64,000 nucleotides of DNA from Dehalococcoidales bacterium (GTDB taxonomy: Bacteria; Chloroflexota; Dehalococcoidia; Dehalococcoidales; RBG-16-60-22): NCBI GenBank assembly GCA_034429595.1, contig DAOUGB010000068.1:11067-75066 (forward strand), in the 5' to 3' direction. Every line of letters begins with the position of its first letter. Positions within the stretch are counted from its first letter, which is position 1. The translations under genes were made by a program, and so were the position numbers. The notes under the pieces are model-generated. The model ran no database searches. It was given only the letters and a program-made list of their open reading frames with translations, and was not told where the DNA came from. Positions 9,417-18,604 of the stretch are shown piece after piece.

Positions 9417-11335
9417 TGAATTATCATGCTGAACCCCTTGCCATCGTTATTTTTGTAGTATTCGTACTCGCTGTCCTCGGTATTTCCTACTGGTTTGCCA
9501 GAAAAGCAAAATCCGCCGCCGGATATTATGCTGCCGGCGGTAATATCCACTGGAGTGTCAACGGCATCGCCTTTGCCGGTGATTATCTTTCCGCCGCATC
9601 ATTCCTCGGCATCGCCGGCATGATTGCCATCTACGGTTATGACGGCTTCCTTTACTCCATCGGCTATCTGGCCGGGTGGATGGTCGCCCTTTTCGTTGTC
9701 GCCGAGCCTTTAAAGCGGCTGGGCAAATACACTTTTGCGGACGCTATCGACGCCAAGTTCAAGGACCGCGGCGTGATTTTTGCCGCGGCGATTAGTACAC
9801 TCGTTGTATCCCTTTTCTACCTGATTCCCCAGATGGTAGGTGCGGGCACACTGATTACGCCGCTGCTGGGCCTGCCATTCGAGGCTGGCGTTATCATCGT
9901 AGGTTGTGTGGTTATTCTCATCGTGGCTACCGCCGGTATGGCTTCTACTACATGGGTGCAGTTCATCAAAGGCGGTTTGCTGGTTATCTTTTCCCTGGTG
10001 CTGGTAATCCTGCTCCTCGCCAAGGGTTTTTCTACCAAGCCCGAGCAGGTTGATGCGCCTTTCCACGAACTGACGACGATCGAACTGACTTCTGCCGTTC
10101 CCGGCAGTTTGGCACTGGCAGATAATGATTACACATTAATCGAAGAATTCACCGTTAACAACAAAACATTTGCTAAAGTGGAGAACGAAGGCTTAGTAAA
10201 TTACTGGAAACTGGATGCAGAAGCGGGCGTTCTCACCGAGGCACAATCCATCGTCAAACAGCCCGGCGGGCCGGATCTTTACAATGGCGCTCCCAAAGCA
10301 GACGGACGGTTCTACCCGGTGGGTAATCTAAGCGAGATTAAAGGAGAGACGGATGTGGAGACCGGCGGAGTCGACCCGCTCTCTTTCTTCGGAACAATCA
10401 AAGATAGTACGGTAATCCGCTGGGGCACACAGAAGCTGACCGATGGCGACGCCCAGGTTACCGTTTACTACCAGATTCCTACCAAAGGGTCGGACGTGCT
10501 GATTCCCGGCAATAAATTCAAGATAGACCCCGCCAAGGGAGCATCTACGGCAGACCGGATAAACTTCATATCACTCATGTTGTCATTATTCCTGGGCACC
10601 GCGGCCTTGCCGCATATCCTCATCCGTTATTACACCGTACCCAGCCCGTCTTTTGCCCGCAAGTCTACAATCGTGGCGGTGGGTGCTATCGGCCTTTTCT
10701 ATATACTTACCCTGTACATGGGACTCGGCGCGATGACACACGGGGTGATTGATATCACCAACGATAATATGTCAGCGCCACTCCTGGCGCGTTCATTCGG
10801 CCTGGGCGTGTTCGCGATAATTTGCGCGATCGCGTTCGCGACGATTCTCGGCACGGTCAGCGGCCTGATTGTGGCCGCATCCGGCGCTGTCGCCAACGAC
10901 CTGGTCAGCAAAGTCATGAGAATCAAATTGAGTGAAAATAAAATGGTATTGGTTGGAAGGATTACGGCCATTATCGTCGGCATCATTGCCATGGGACTTG
11001 GTATCGCCTTCAAGCACATGAACGTGTCTTACCTAGTTGGCTGGGCGTTTACCATCGCCGCTTCGGCTAACCTGCCCGCCATTATCATGATTCTTTTCTG
11101 GAAAAAGACCACCGGTAAAGGTGTCATTGCTTCAATCGCAGTCGGTCTGGTGGCATCGCTGGTGATGATTATCCTATCGCCGGATACCTACAGCCAGGTA
11201 TTCAACCAACCGGCGGCTAATGCTCCGATGCCCATCAGCCAGCCGGCGATCATCTCGGTACCCTTGAGCTTTATAACGCTCGTTGTTGTTTCTCTCCTGA
11301 CCAAAAAGAGCGGCTTGGCGAATTCTAAAGTATAA
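9416..11335 (+). CDS. actP: cation/acetate symporter (SSS family) with a large hydrophilic insertion
   Basis: The N-terminal and C-terminal membrane regions are ActP-like (GGNIHWSVNGIAFAGDYLSAASFLG, LPHILIRYYTV). At 639 aa it is about 90 aa longer than E. coli ActP, as I recall its length. Confidence 0.85.
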   Translation: MNYHAEPLAIVIFVVFVLAVLGISYWFARKAKSAAGYYAAGGNIHWSVNGIAFAGDYLSAASFLGIAGMIAIYGYDGFLYSIGYLAGWMVALFVVAEPLKRLGKYTFADAIDAKFKDRGVIFAAAISTLVVSLFYLIPQMVGAGTLITPLLGLPFEAGVIIVGCVVILIVATAGMASTTWVQFIKGGLLVIFSLVLVILLLAKGFSTKPEQVDAPFHELTTIELTSAVPGSLALADNDYTLIEEFTVNNKTFAKVENEGLVNYWKLDAEAGVLTEAQSIVKQPGGPDLYNGAPKADGRFYPVGNLSEIKGETDVETGGVDPLSFFGTIKDSTVIRWGTQKLTDGDAQVTVYYQIPTKGSDVLIPGNKFKIDPAKGASTADRINFISLMLSLFLGTAALPHILIRYYTVPSPSFARKSTIVAVGAIGLFYILTLYMGLGAMTHGVIDITNDNMSAPLLARSFGLGVFAIICAIAFATILGTVSGLIVAASGAVANDLVSKVMRIKLSENKMVLVGRITAIIVGIIAMGLGIAFKHMNVSYLVGWAFTIAASANLPAIIMILFWKKTTGKGVIASIAVGLVASLVMIILSPDTYSQVFNQPAANAPMPISQPAIISVPLSFITLVVVSLLTKKSGLANSKV

Positions 11336-11345
11336 GGAGCAGATA

Positions 11346-11804
11346 ATGTACGAAAAGATACTGGTGCCGCTAGACGGTTCTAAAACAGCGGAAGCCGCTT
11401 TGCCCAACGTTGAAGACCTGGTCATCAGGATGGCGCCCAATACTAAAATAGAGGTCACACTTTTACAGGTTATATCCAACCTGACGTATAACGTGATGAC
11501 CCCGGAAGAACAAGCCCAAATACCCTACAGCGAAAAAGAGTTGAGCCAGATAAAACAGGCTGCTCTGGATTACCTGGAAAAGGTAGCTGCCAAGCTGCGG
11601 GCCAAGGGTATCGACGTCAAGACGATGGTCATGGTGGGTCACGCCGCGGAAGAAATCATCGAGGCCGCCAAGCAGACCGGAGCCAACGTCATCGCGATGT
11701 CAACCCACGGTTATTCCGGAATCAAGCGCTGGGCACTGGGCAGTGTGGCCGATAAGGTACTGCGCATCAGCGAGATTCCGGTCTTCGTCATCAGGGCAAA
11801 ATAG
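11346..11804 (+). CDS. universal stress protein (UspA family)
   Basis: 152 aa. It begins MYEKILVPLDGS and ends with the motif MSTHGYSGIKRWALGSVADKVLR. Confidence 0.85.
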   Translation: MYEKILVPLDGSKTAEAALPNVEDLVIRMAPNTKIEVTLLQVISNLTYNVMTPEEQAQIPYSEKELSQIKQAALDYLEKVAAKLRAKGIDVKTMVMVGHAAEEIIEAAKQTGANVIAMSTHGYSGIKRWALGSVADKVLRISEIPVFVIRAK

Positions 11805-11840
11805 CCTGATGTAAGATACGGCTCTTTAGGGAAAGATAGA

Positions 11841-11887
11841 AAAAGCGGTCGGGAAAGCGTAAAATGCTCCCGACCGCTTTTTATTTT
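11841..11887 (+). terminator. rho-independent terminator after the actP-usp operon
   Basis: The stem gcggtcggga...tcccgaccgc (10 bp) is followed by tttttatttt and preceded by an A-run, so it could act in both directions. Confidence 0.75.
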
Positions 11888-11956
11888 ACCGCTAAAATCA
11901 TCTACTTGCTATCATCATCTGCAGGCTGTATGATGATTACTGGAGTCTTTATTATC

Positions 11957-12958
11957 ATGCAAAACGACCTAGTTCCCCCCGGCCTTACTTACCTGGCAGA
12001 TAATATTCTTACCCGCCAGAATATTCTTGGCGTTACCAAGGAGCAGGGCGCGCGCTGGGCGCAAAAACTCGCCTTGCCCAAAACCGCCGGTACGGTATTT
12101 TTTGCCGGCTGCGGCTACCAGTATTCCGCCCAGCTGGAAGTGCTGATGTCCATGGCCAGGGCTACGGATAAAAGTGTTATCGGGTCAGAGTTCACGATGC
12201 GTTTTGCCCGCTTCCAGAAGAAACTCGGCCTCAATCTGCCCGGTATTTACAGTAACGTGCTGGCCCGCGGCGGCGAGGATGAGGTCAAGCCGCTGGAAGC
12301 CGCGGTAAAAGTGCTGCGCAAGATAGGCCTGCAGCCCGGCTACCTGGCGGAAAACGAGCCCTGCTGCGGTGCGGCGCTTAACCATGCCGGTTTCCGGGAT
12401 AAGTTCGCGGAGAACGCCCGGCGGGCCTACGGTACGTTAAAATCCGCCGGGGTCAAGCAGGTAATAGGCATCGTCCCCTACTGCACCCACGCGCTGAAAA
12501 AACTCTTCCCGCTTTATGTTGATGGCTACGATATCGAGGTAAACCATTTTATCGAAATCGTGGCCGGTAAGATTTCCCTGTTCAAAATGAAGTACCCGGA
12601 GAAGGTACGCGTGACCTATCACGACCCCTGCCAGCTGGTACGTTTTATGAACCTGATTGAAGAACCCCGCCGCATCCTGAAGGCTATCGAAAATATCGAG
12701 CTGGTGGAAACGGCCTGGACGCACGGCGAATTTTCTACCTGCTGCGGGGGCGGCGGCGGCTTTGAAAGCGTTTTCCCGGAACTTAGCGAGGTGCTGGCGG
12801 TCAACCGCGCTGCCGAACTGATGGAAACGAAGCCGGATATCATCGTGACGCACTGCCCCGGCTGCATCATGCAGCTTAAAGAAGGGCTGAAGAAACTGAA
12901 AATCGAAGGCGTACAGGTGCTGGACCTGGCGCAGGTCGTGGCGGCGGCCATAGAATAA
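11957..12958 (+). CDS. (Fe-S)-binding CCG-domain protein, LutA/GlcF C-terminal-like
   Basis: It has two cysteine-rich CCG-type regions (FFAGCGYQY; HDPCQLVR...TCCGGGGG...THCPGC). The track start at 11864 lies inside the terminator hairpin, so the start was set at the ATG at 11957. Confidence 0.75.
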   Translation: MQNDLVPPGLTYLADNILTRQNILGVTKEQGARWAQKLALPKTAGTVFFAGCGYQYSAQLEVLMSMARATDKSVIGSEFTMRFARFQKKLGLNLPGIYSNVLARGGEDEVKPLEAAVKVLRKIGLQPGYLAENEPCCGAALNHAGFRDKFAENARRAYGTLKSAGVKQVIGIVPYCTHALKKLFPLYVDGYDIEVNHFIEIVAGKISLFKMKYPEKVRVTYHDPCQLVRFMNLIEEPRRILKAIENIELVETAWTHGEFSTCCGGGGGFESVFPELSEVLAVNRAAELMETKPDIIVTHCPGCIMQLKEGLKKLKIEGVQVLDLAQVVAAAIE

Positions 12959-13053
12959 ACACCCCCTCCTCTTCCCCTCTCCCTCGATGGGAGAGAAAGT
13001 GAAATACAAAATATATAAAGTCGAGGCTAAGACCTCTAATTGGAACTGGCTAA

Positions 13054-14268
13054 ATGGCAAAAAAAGAATCCGATTTTAAAGAATACAAAAAAGAAATCAT
13101 GGACGCGGCGCATAACGACCGCCTGCGGCTGGCGCTGACCCGCGCGGTAAAGAGCTTCCGCGGCAACGTGAAAAACGCTTTAGAGCGCTTCCCCCATACC
13201 ATCCCCATGGCGGACGAGGTGCGGAAAATTAAGGAAAAAGCTATCCCGGATATGGAAAAGCTGGCGCACCAGGCCATCGCCGCTATTGAGGAGAACAAGG
13301 GGAAAGGCTATATCGCTAAAACATCGGAAGAAGCACTGGAGATAATCTCCGGCCTCGTCGGCACCAAGAAGCTCATCGTTAAAGGCAAGTCCATGACCAC
13401 CGAGGAAATCGGGCTGCGGGAGCATCTGGAGGCAAAAGGCAACGAGGTCTACGAGACCGACCTGGGTGAGTTTATCGTGCAGATGCGCGGCGAGCGGCCG
13501 ATGCATATTCTTTCCCCCGCCATCCATGTCCCCCGCGAGGACGTGGCCCGGCTTTTCACCAAGATAATGGGGCAGGAAATAGCGCCGGACGCGGAAATCG
13601 CGGATATGGTGGCGGCGGCGCGGAACTTCTTAAGGGACAAATTCTTCCGGGCGGATATCGGCATCAGCGGCGCCAACGTGGTAGCCGCGGAGACCGGCAC
13701 GCTTTTTATTATCGAAAACGAAGGCAACATCCGCCTTTCCACCGGCGCGCCGCCGGTGCATATCGCGCTCATCGGCATGGAAAAGCTGGTACCTACATTG
13801 AACGACGCCTATAAGGTCAGCGAGGTTACCTGGCGCTACGCCAACTATACCGTCCCCTCCTACGTCAGCCTGATATCCGGCCCCAGCAAGACCGGCGATA
13901 TCGAAAAAGTCATCACTTACGGTGCACACGGCCCCAAGGAGATGCACGTTATCTTCCTGGATGGCGGCCGCACCCGCCTGGCCAAGTACCCCAAGTTGAG
14001 CCAGGCGCTCTACTGCCTGCGCTGCGGCGGCTGCCTCTACGAATGCCCGGTCTTCGCCGTGACGGCGGGGCATTTCGGGGATAAATATTTCACCAGTAAC
14101 GGCGCGGTCTGGGCCGCTATCATCGATAAAGATATGGAAAAAGCCGCCTCACTGGCTTATACCTGCCTTACCTGCGGGCGCTGCCGGCAGCGGTGCCCCA
14201 TGAAGATAGACGCGCCGGAAATGATACTCGAACTCCGGAAGATGCTGGCGGAAGGCGACAAGACGTAA
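13054..14268 (+). CDS. LutB-like LUD-domain iron-sulfur protein
   Basis: It has a DUF162/LUD-like core (ADIGISGANVVAAETGTLFIIENEGN) plus two ferredoxin motifs (CLRCGGCLYECP, CLTCGRCRQRCP). Confidence 0.75.
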   Translation: MAKKESDFKEYKKEIMDAAHNDRLRLALTRAVKSFRGNVKNALERFPHTIPMADEVRKIKEKAIPDMEKLAHQAIAAIEENKGKGYIAKTSEEALEIISGLVGTKKLIVKGKSMTTEEIGLREHLEAKGNEVYETDLGEFIVQMRGERPMHILSPAIHVPREDVARLFTKIMGQEIAPDAEIADMVAAARNFLRDKFFRADIGISGANVVAAETGTLFIIENEGNIRLSTGAPPVHIALIGMEKLVPTLNDAYKVSEVTWRYANYTVPSYVSLISGPSKTGDIEKVITYGAHGPKEMHVIFLDGGRTRLAKYPKLSQALYCLRCGGCLYECPVFAVTAGHFGDKYFTSNGAVWAAIIDKDMEKAASLAYTCLTCGRCRQRCPMKIDAPEMILELRKMLAEGDKT

Positions 14269-15113
14269 TGCGCTTAGTAACGGCCCAGGAAATTACCGAA
14301 GCTGTTGCCAACCTCTTCCAACAGGCCAACTATGAGCTCGGCGAGGACGTTATCGCGGCGCTGAAGAAAGCGCGTCAAGACGAGGATTCCCCCGCCGGCC
14401 GCGATGCCCTGGACGCCATTTTGGAAAACGCGCGCATCGCGTCTGAAGATAAAATCCCCCTCTGCCAGGACTGCGGCACTGCCGTCGTTTTTCTGGAAAT
14501 CGGGCGGGACGTCCTTATCGTTAAAGGCGAACTGGACGACGCCGTTAACGAGGGCGTGCGCCGCGCGTATCAAGAAGGCTATTTACGCAAGTCAATCGTG
14601 GACCACCCCTTTTCCACCCGTAAAAATACGGGGGACAACACACCCGCGGTCATCCATACGGATATCGTGTCCGGCAATCAGGTAAAGATAACCGTCCTGC
14701 CCAAGGGCGGCGGGGCGGAAAACATGGCCAAGCTGGGGATGCTGTTGCCGTCCGCCGGCAAAAAAGGCGTTATCGACTTTGTGGCGAGTGCCGTTAACGA
14801 GGCGTGGAGCAACCCGTGCCCGCCCGTCATTGTGGGGGTGGGAATCGGGGGCACGGCGGACAAAGCGATGCTGATGGCCAAACACGCCCTCATTAGAAAA
14901 GTAGGCCAGGCCAGCCCCGACAAAGAAACCGCCGCTTTAGAACGGGAGATTCTGGAAAAGGTTAACAAGCTGGGTATCGGGCCGATGGGTTACGGCGGGC
15001 GGGTCACCGCTTTAGCCGTGCACGTGGAAAGCTTCCCGTCCCATATCACCGCCCTGCCCGTGGCCGTTAACCTACAATGCCACTCCGCCAGGCACCGGGA
15101 AGTAATAATATGA
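14268..15113 (+). CDS. class I (Fe-S) fumarate/tartrate hydro-lyase, alpha subunit
   Basis: It carries the motifs CQDCGTAVVFLEIG and KGGGAENM. Its start ATG overlaps the lutB-like stop codon (TAATG at 14266-14270). Confidence 0.85.
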   Translation: MRLVTAQEITEAVANLFQQANYELGEDVIAALKKARQDEDSPAGRDALDAILENARIASEDKIPLCQDCGTAVVFLEIGRDVLIVKGELDDAVNEGVRRAYQEGYLRKSIVDHPFSTRKNTGDNTPAVIHTDIVSGNQVKITVLPKGGGAENMAKLGMLLPSAGKKGVIDFVASAVNEAWSNPCPPVIVGVGIGGTADKAMLMAKHALIRKVGQASPDKETAALEREILEKVNKLGIGPMGYGGRVTALAVHVESFPSHITALPVAVNLQCHSARHREVII

Positions 15114-15423
15114 TTCCATATAACAAGAATTTGAAAGAGCCTTCTAGAAACCTGCGCATCAACGGAACAGAAGCTGAACAATGCTTATGGGAAAGACTAA
15201 GATTGAACCATACTGGTTATAGATTTTACCGTCAAAAGCCAATGGGAATGGTAATGACAGGACTAGAGACGCATATATAAAAAGTCTTGGCTTGACTATG
15301 TTGAGATTCTCTAATTCAAAGGTAATGAAAAATACCGATGAAGTGATGAAAATAATACATGGTAAAATCCGCCTCCATCCTCCTTTCGTAAAGGAGGACG
15401 AACCAGAGGGTTGCAGTGAATGA
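15110..15423 (+). pseudogene. DUF559 (Vsr-like endonuclease domain) gene relic with internal deletion and frameshift
   Basis: Frame 1 reads MIPYNKNLKEPSRNLRINGTEAEQCLWERLRLNHTGYRFYRQKPMG, which is the DUF559 N-terminus. Another frame reads RDAYIKSLGLTMLRFSNSKVMKNTDEVMKII, which is the DUF559 C-terminus. The central catalytic part is missing. The ATG overlaps the fumarate hydratase alpha stop codon (ATGA). Confidence 0.7.
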
Positions 15424-15478
15424 TTAAATGTGTAAATTCCATCGTCTCCCTTTGATAAAGGGAGACGGAGTAGGATTA
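15365..15478. repeat. about 115-nt composite palindromic repeat (DUF559 3'-tail footprint), copy 1 (copy 2 at 63440-63555)
   Basis: The unit is aaatccgcctc.atcctccttt...aaaggaggacgaacca...atcgtctcccttg.taaagggaga.c.gag.aggatt. It contains two hairpins and is found twice with only a few differences. Confidence 0.7.
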
Positions 15479-15484
15479 GAATTC

Positions 15485-16036
15485 TTGAAAAAGAAAATTA
15501 CTTTACCATTAACGGGAAAAACGATAGCCAGACTTAAAGCAGGCGATAACCTGCTATTGACCGGCACGCTTTACGTGGCCCGGGACGCCGCCCACAAAAA
15601 AATGATAGAAGCTCTGGACAAGGGAGAGTCTTTACCTTTCGATATCAAAGGGCAGACCGTTTATTACATGGGGCCGTCCCCGGCACCGCCGGGAAGGGTT
15701 ATCGGGGCGGCGGGGCCGACCACCGCCACCCGCATGGACGCTTATGCCCCCCGCCTTATTGCCGCCGGGCTGAAGGGGATGATCGGGAAAGGCGTGCGCT
15801 CCCAAATAGTAAAAGACGCCATGAAAAAGCATCAAGCGGTCTACCTGGCGGCCATCGGCGGGGCGGGCGCACTTATCTCCAAGAGCATCATCAAAAACGA
15901 GGTTGTTGCTTACCCGGAACTCGGCCCGGAAGCGGTACTCAAGCTGGAAGTTAAAGATTTCCCCGCTACCGTCATTAATGATATCTACGGAACGGATTTG
16001 TACATCGAAGGAAAAAAGCAGTATAGTGTAGCCTAG
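15485..16036 (+). CDS. class I fumarate/tartrate hydro-lyase, beta subunit
   Basis: It carries LKAGDNLLLTGTLYVARDAAHKKM and GPTTATRMD. The track start at 15428 translates repeat DNA (RLPLIKGDG). I propose the in-frame TTG at 15485 (LKKKITLPL), but this start is uncertain. Confidence 0.8.
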   Translation: MKKKITLPLTGKTIARLKAGDNLLLTGTLYVARDAAHKKMIEALDKGESLPFDIKGQTVYYMGPSPAPPGRVIGAAGPTTATRMDAYAPRLIAAGLKGMIGKGVRSQIVKDAMKKHQAVYLAAIGGAGALISKSIIKNEVVAYPELGPEAVLKLEVKDFPATVINDIYGTDLYIEGKKQYSVA

Positions 16037-16062
16037 CAAAGATACCGTTTACAGGAGGCGCT

Positions 16063-16734
16063 ATGGCTAAGAAATACGAATACTTTGACGTTACCCTCCC
16101 CCTCGGTAAAGACCTCCCCTGCCTGCCCATCGGCACACCGGATAACCCGGCCGTCCCTATCCCGGTCATCGAGCGTTTCCTGGACGTGGAAAAGGGCGAT
16201 AAAGTCACCCAGTCGCGCATCGCCATGATTTCCCATGACGGCACACATATCGATGCCCCGCTCCACTTTATCCCCGGCGGGATGACCATCGATAACATGC
16301 CGTTCGAAACGACGCTCGGGCCCTGCCGGGTGCTGCAAATCAACGATGAGAAGTTCGTGAAGGTTGAGGAACTAGAGAAATACAACATCAAAGCCGGCGA
16401 GCGCATCCTCTTCAAGACGGTAAACTCTAACCCGCCGGGGGTATACAAAGACTGGTGGTATACCGGACCTTTCGTCACAATTTCCCCGGAAGCCGCCAAA
16501 TACCTGGCGGACAAGAAAATCCGGCTGGTGGGCATCGACTACCTGACCGTAGCCAGCAACGACCCGCCGGAGAATATCGGGACGGTGCATGAAGCCTTCT
16601 TGAGAAACGGCATTTTTATCATCGAGGGGCTGAACCTGGCCGGTATCGAGCCGGGCAAATACGAGCTTATCTGCCTCCCCGTCCGCCTGCTCAAAGGCGA
16701 TGCCGGGCCATGCAGAGTTATTTTAAGAAGATAG
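16063..16734 (+). CDS. cyclase-family protein (kynurenine formamidase-like), paralogue 1
   Basis: It has the HxGTHxDxPxH motif (SHDGTHIDAPLHF). 223 aa. Confidence 0.8.
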   Translation: MAKKYEYFDVTLPLGKDLPCLPIGTPDNPAVPIPVIERFLDVEKGDKVTQSRIAMISHDGTHIDAPLHFIPGGMTIDNMPFETTLGPCRVLQINDEKFVKVEELEKYNIKAGERILFKTVNSNPPGVYKDWWYTGPFVTISPEAAKYLADKKIRLVGIDYLTVASNDPPENIGTVHEAFLRNGIFIIEGLNLAGIEPGKYELICLPVRLLKGDAGPCRVILRR

Positions 16735-16785
16735 TGCTAAACTACATTTTCGTTTAAAATATTAAAGTTTCAGGAGGCGGTTATT

Positions 16786-17457
16786 TTGGCTAAACATCAA
16801 TACTACGACGTTTCTTTACCCCTGAACAAGGAAATACCCGTATTAGGCCCGGCGGCATCGCCTCCCGGCACTGAAAACAAGATCCCTGTGTCAACGGTCT
16901 CCCGGTTTTATGACGTGGAAAAGGGCGATAAAGTGACCATGTCCCGTATTGAAATGATATCTCACGACGGCACGCATCTGGATGCCCCGCTCCACTTCAT
17001 CCCCGGCGGTAATACCATCGACAAAATGCCGATAGAAACGACGGTGGGCCCCTGCCGCGTTATCGAGATTAAAGACGAAAAAGAAATCACGGTCAAGGAG
17101 CTGGAGCCATATAAAATCAAAGCCGGTGAACGCATTCTTTTTAAGACCAAAAACTCCCCCGGCGTCTACGCCGTCCGCCAGTACGCCGGCCAATACGTCG
17201 CCGTGTCCCTGGCAGCGGCTGAATATCTGGTGGCTAAAAAAATCAGGCTGGTGGGGCTGGACTATCTTACCATCGCTAACATGGACCCGCCGGAGAATAT
17301 CAACGATGTCCACAAGGCTTTTCTCACCAACGGCATCTATATCCTGGAAGCCATCAACATGGACGGCATCAAGCCCGGCAAATATGAGCTGTTGTGTCTG
17401 CCCATCCGCATCGAAAAAGGCGACGCCGGCCCGTGCCGGGTGATTTTGAAGAAATAA
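16786..17457 (+). CDS. cyclase-family protein, paralogue 2
   Basis: Same length and motif (SHDGTHLDAPLHF). It is roughly two-thirds identical to the upstream gene by eye. Confidence 0.8.
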   Translation: MAKHQYYDVSLPLNKEIPVLGPAASPPGTENKIPVSTVSRFYDVEKGDKVTMSRIEMISHDGTHLDAPLHFIPGGNTIDKMPIETTVGPCRVIEIKDEKEITVKELEPYKIKAGERILFKTKNSPGVYAVRQYAGQYVAVSLAAAEYLVAKKIRLVGLDYLTIANMDPPENINDVHKAFLTNGIYILEAINMDGIKPGKYELLCLPIRIEKGDAGPCRVILKK

Positions 17458-17472
17458 AAACTCATGCTTAAC

Positions 17473-17508
17473 AAAAAGGGGGAGCAAATTGCTCCCCCTT
17501 TCGTTTTT
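17473..17508. terminator. bidirectional rho-independent terminator
   Basis: aaaaagggggagc-aaatt-gctcccccttt is followed by cgttttt. It sits between the convergent cyclase and SDR genes. Confidence 0.75.
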
Positions 17509-17524
17509 CTATAAATAGTTCAGC

Positions 17525-18397
17525 TTATTTTTTCTGTCCCGGGGGCGGTGTGCTCATCATGCCCATCTGCGGGTTGAAATGGTCGAGCGGTTTACCGCCG
17601 CTGACATTAAGCATCTGCCCTGTGACGAAGGATGACATTTCCGAGCAGAAGAACAGGTTGGCGTAAGCGATATCCTCCGGAAGCCCTACTCTACCTATTG
17701 GAGAGGATTGTCCCAGCATATCCAGCATCTTGTCTTTGTCAGCATCCGGCACATTCGCCAGCATCGGGTCCCAGAAAGGTGTTTTGACGGGACCGGGGAG
17801 GATGCCGTTAACGTTGATGCCGCTGGGGCCCAGTTCGTAAGCCAGGTTGATTACCAGACCAATGATGGCTGCCTTGGCGCCGTGGTACTCTACGGACGGT
17901 CCCGGGGGAATATAAACACCCATGGAAGAAACGAGGACAATCCTGCCCCATTTCTCCTTTTTCATGTAGGGCACGGTTTCTTTGCAGAACATTACATGGC
18001 CTTTGTAGTTCAGATTCGTCATCAGGTCAAAGTAATCTTCGTCCGTGTACTCGATGCCCATTTTGGGCGGCCCGCCACCCGCCGGAGGCTTGATGACTTT
18101 AGTCCGCGGCACGCTGCCACCCGCACAGCCGACGAGGATATTTATTTTCCCGAATTTTTTAACGGCCTGGTCCACGCAGGCTTTAATCGCTTTAGGGTCG
18201 GTAATGTCACAGTTGATATAGATGGCTTCCTTACCTTTTTTAGAGGCGTCTGCGGCGGTTTTCTTCCCCTCATCATCCTTAACATCGGCGATGACACAAT
18301 TGCAGCCTTCTTCAGAAAACAAGAGTGCCGTCGCCCGGCCCATGCCGGTGGCTCCGCCGTTAATAATGGCAACCCGGTTCTCCAGCAAATTCTTCAT
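17525..18397 (-). CDS. SDR-family oxidoreductase
   Basis: It has a Rossmann motif (INGGATGMGRA) and a YxxxK motif (YHGAKAA). The start was set at the ATG at 18397, which follows an AGGAGG. The longer track ORF runs into AT-rich non-coding sequence. Confidence 0.85.
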   Translation of the reverse strand: MKNLLENRVAIINGGATGMGRATALLFSEEGCNCVIADVKDDEGKKTAADASKKGKEAIYINCDITDPKAIKACVDQAVKKFGKINILVGCAGGSVPRTKVIKPPAGGGPPKMGIEYTDEDYFDLMTNLNYKGHVMFCKETVPYMKKEKWGRIVLVSSMGVYIPPGPSVEYHGAKAAIIGLVINLAYELGPSGINVNGILPGPVKTPFWDPMLANVPDADKDKMLDMLGQSSPIGRVGLPEDIAYANLFFCSEMSSFVTGQMLNVSGGKPLDHFNPQMGMMSTPPPGQKK

Positions 18398-18604
18398 ATG
18401 TTTCCTCCTTTTATGTAATGGTTTTTCAGGATATATCGCAGTACGATAGCATTTATTGGAATATAATATAATCCAATTAAAAGAAAACATCAATGTTTTT
18501 CCGATACTTGAACTAAAATGTCTTACAGAGTAGTATTGAATTGTGAATCCTGTTAATGATTCTATCTTTAAATCCTCGAATTTCAACCTCCGGGCAAGTA
18601 ATTC

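Noticed and set aside
12437-13060. 207-aa minus-strand ORF
   Set aside because: It is antisense to the LutA-like CCG-domain gene, which has clear Cys motifs.
15428-15484. ATG-initiated N-terminal extension of the fumarase beta subunit (MCKFHRLPLIKGDGVGLEF)
   Set aside because: The extension translates the palindromic repeat gtctccctttgataaagggagac. Family-typical sequence begins only at LKKKITLPL.
16891-17487. 198-aa minus-strand ORF
   Set aside because: It is antisense to cyclase paralogue 2.
18398-18586. 63-aa N-terminal extension of the SDR ORF
   Set aside because: The sequence is AT-rich and non-coding-looking. An ATG at 18397 preceded by AGGAGG gives the normal distance to the Rossmann motif.
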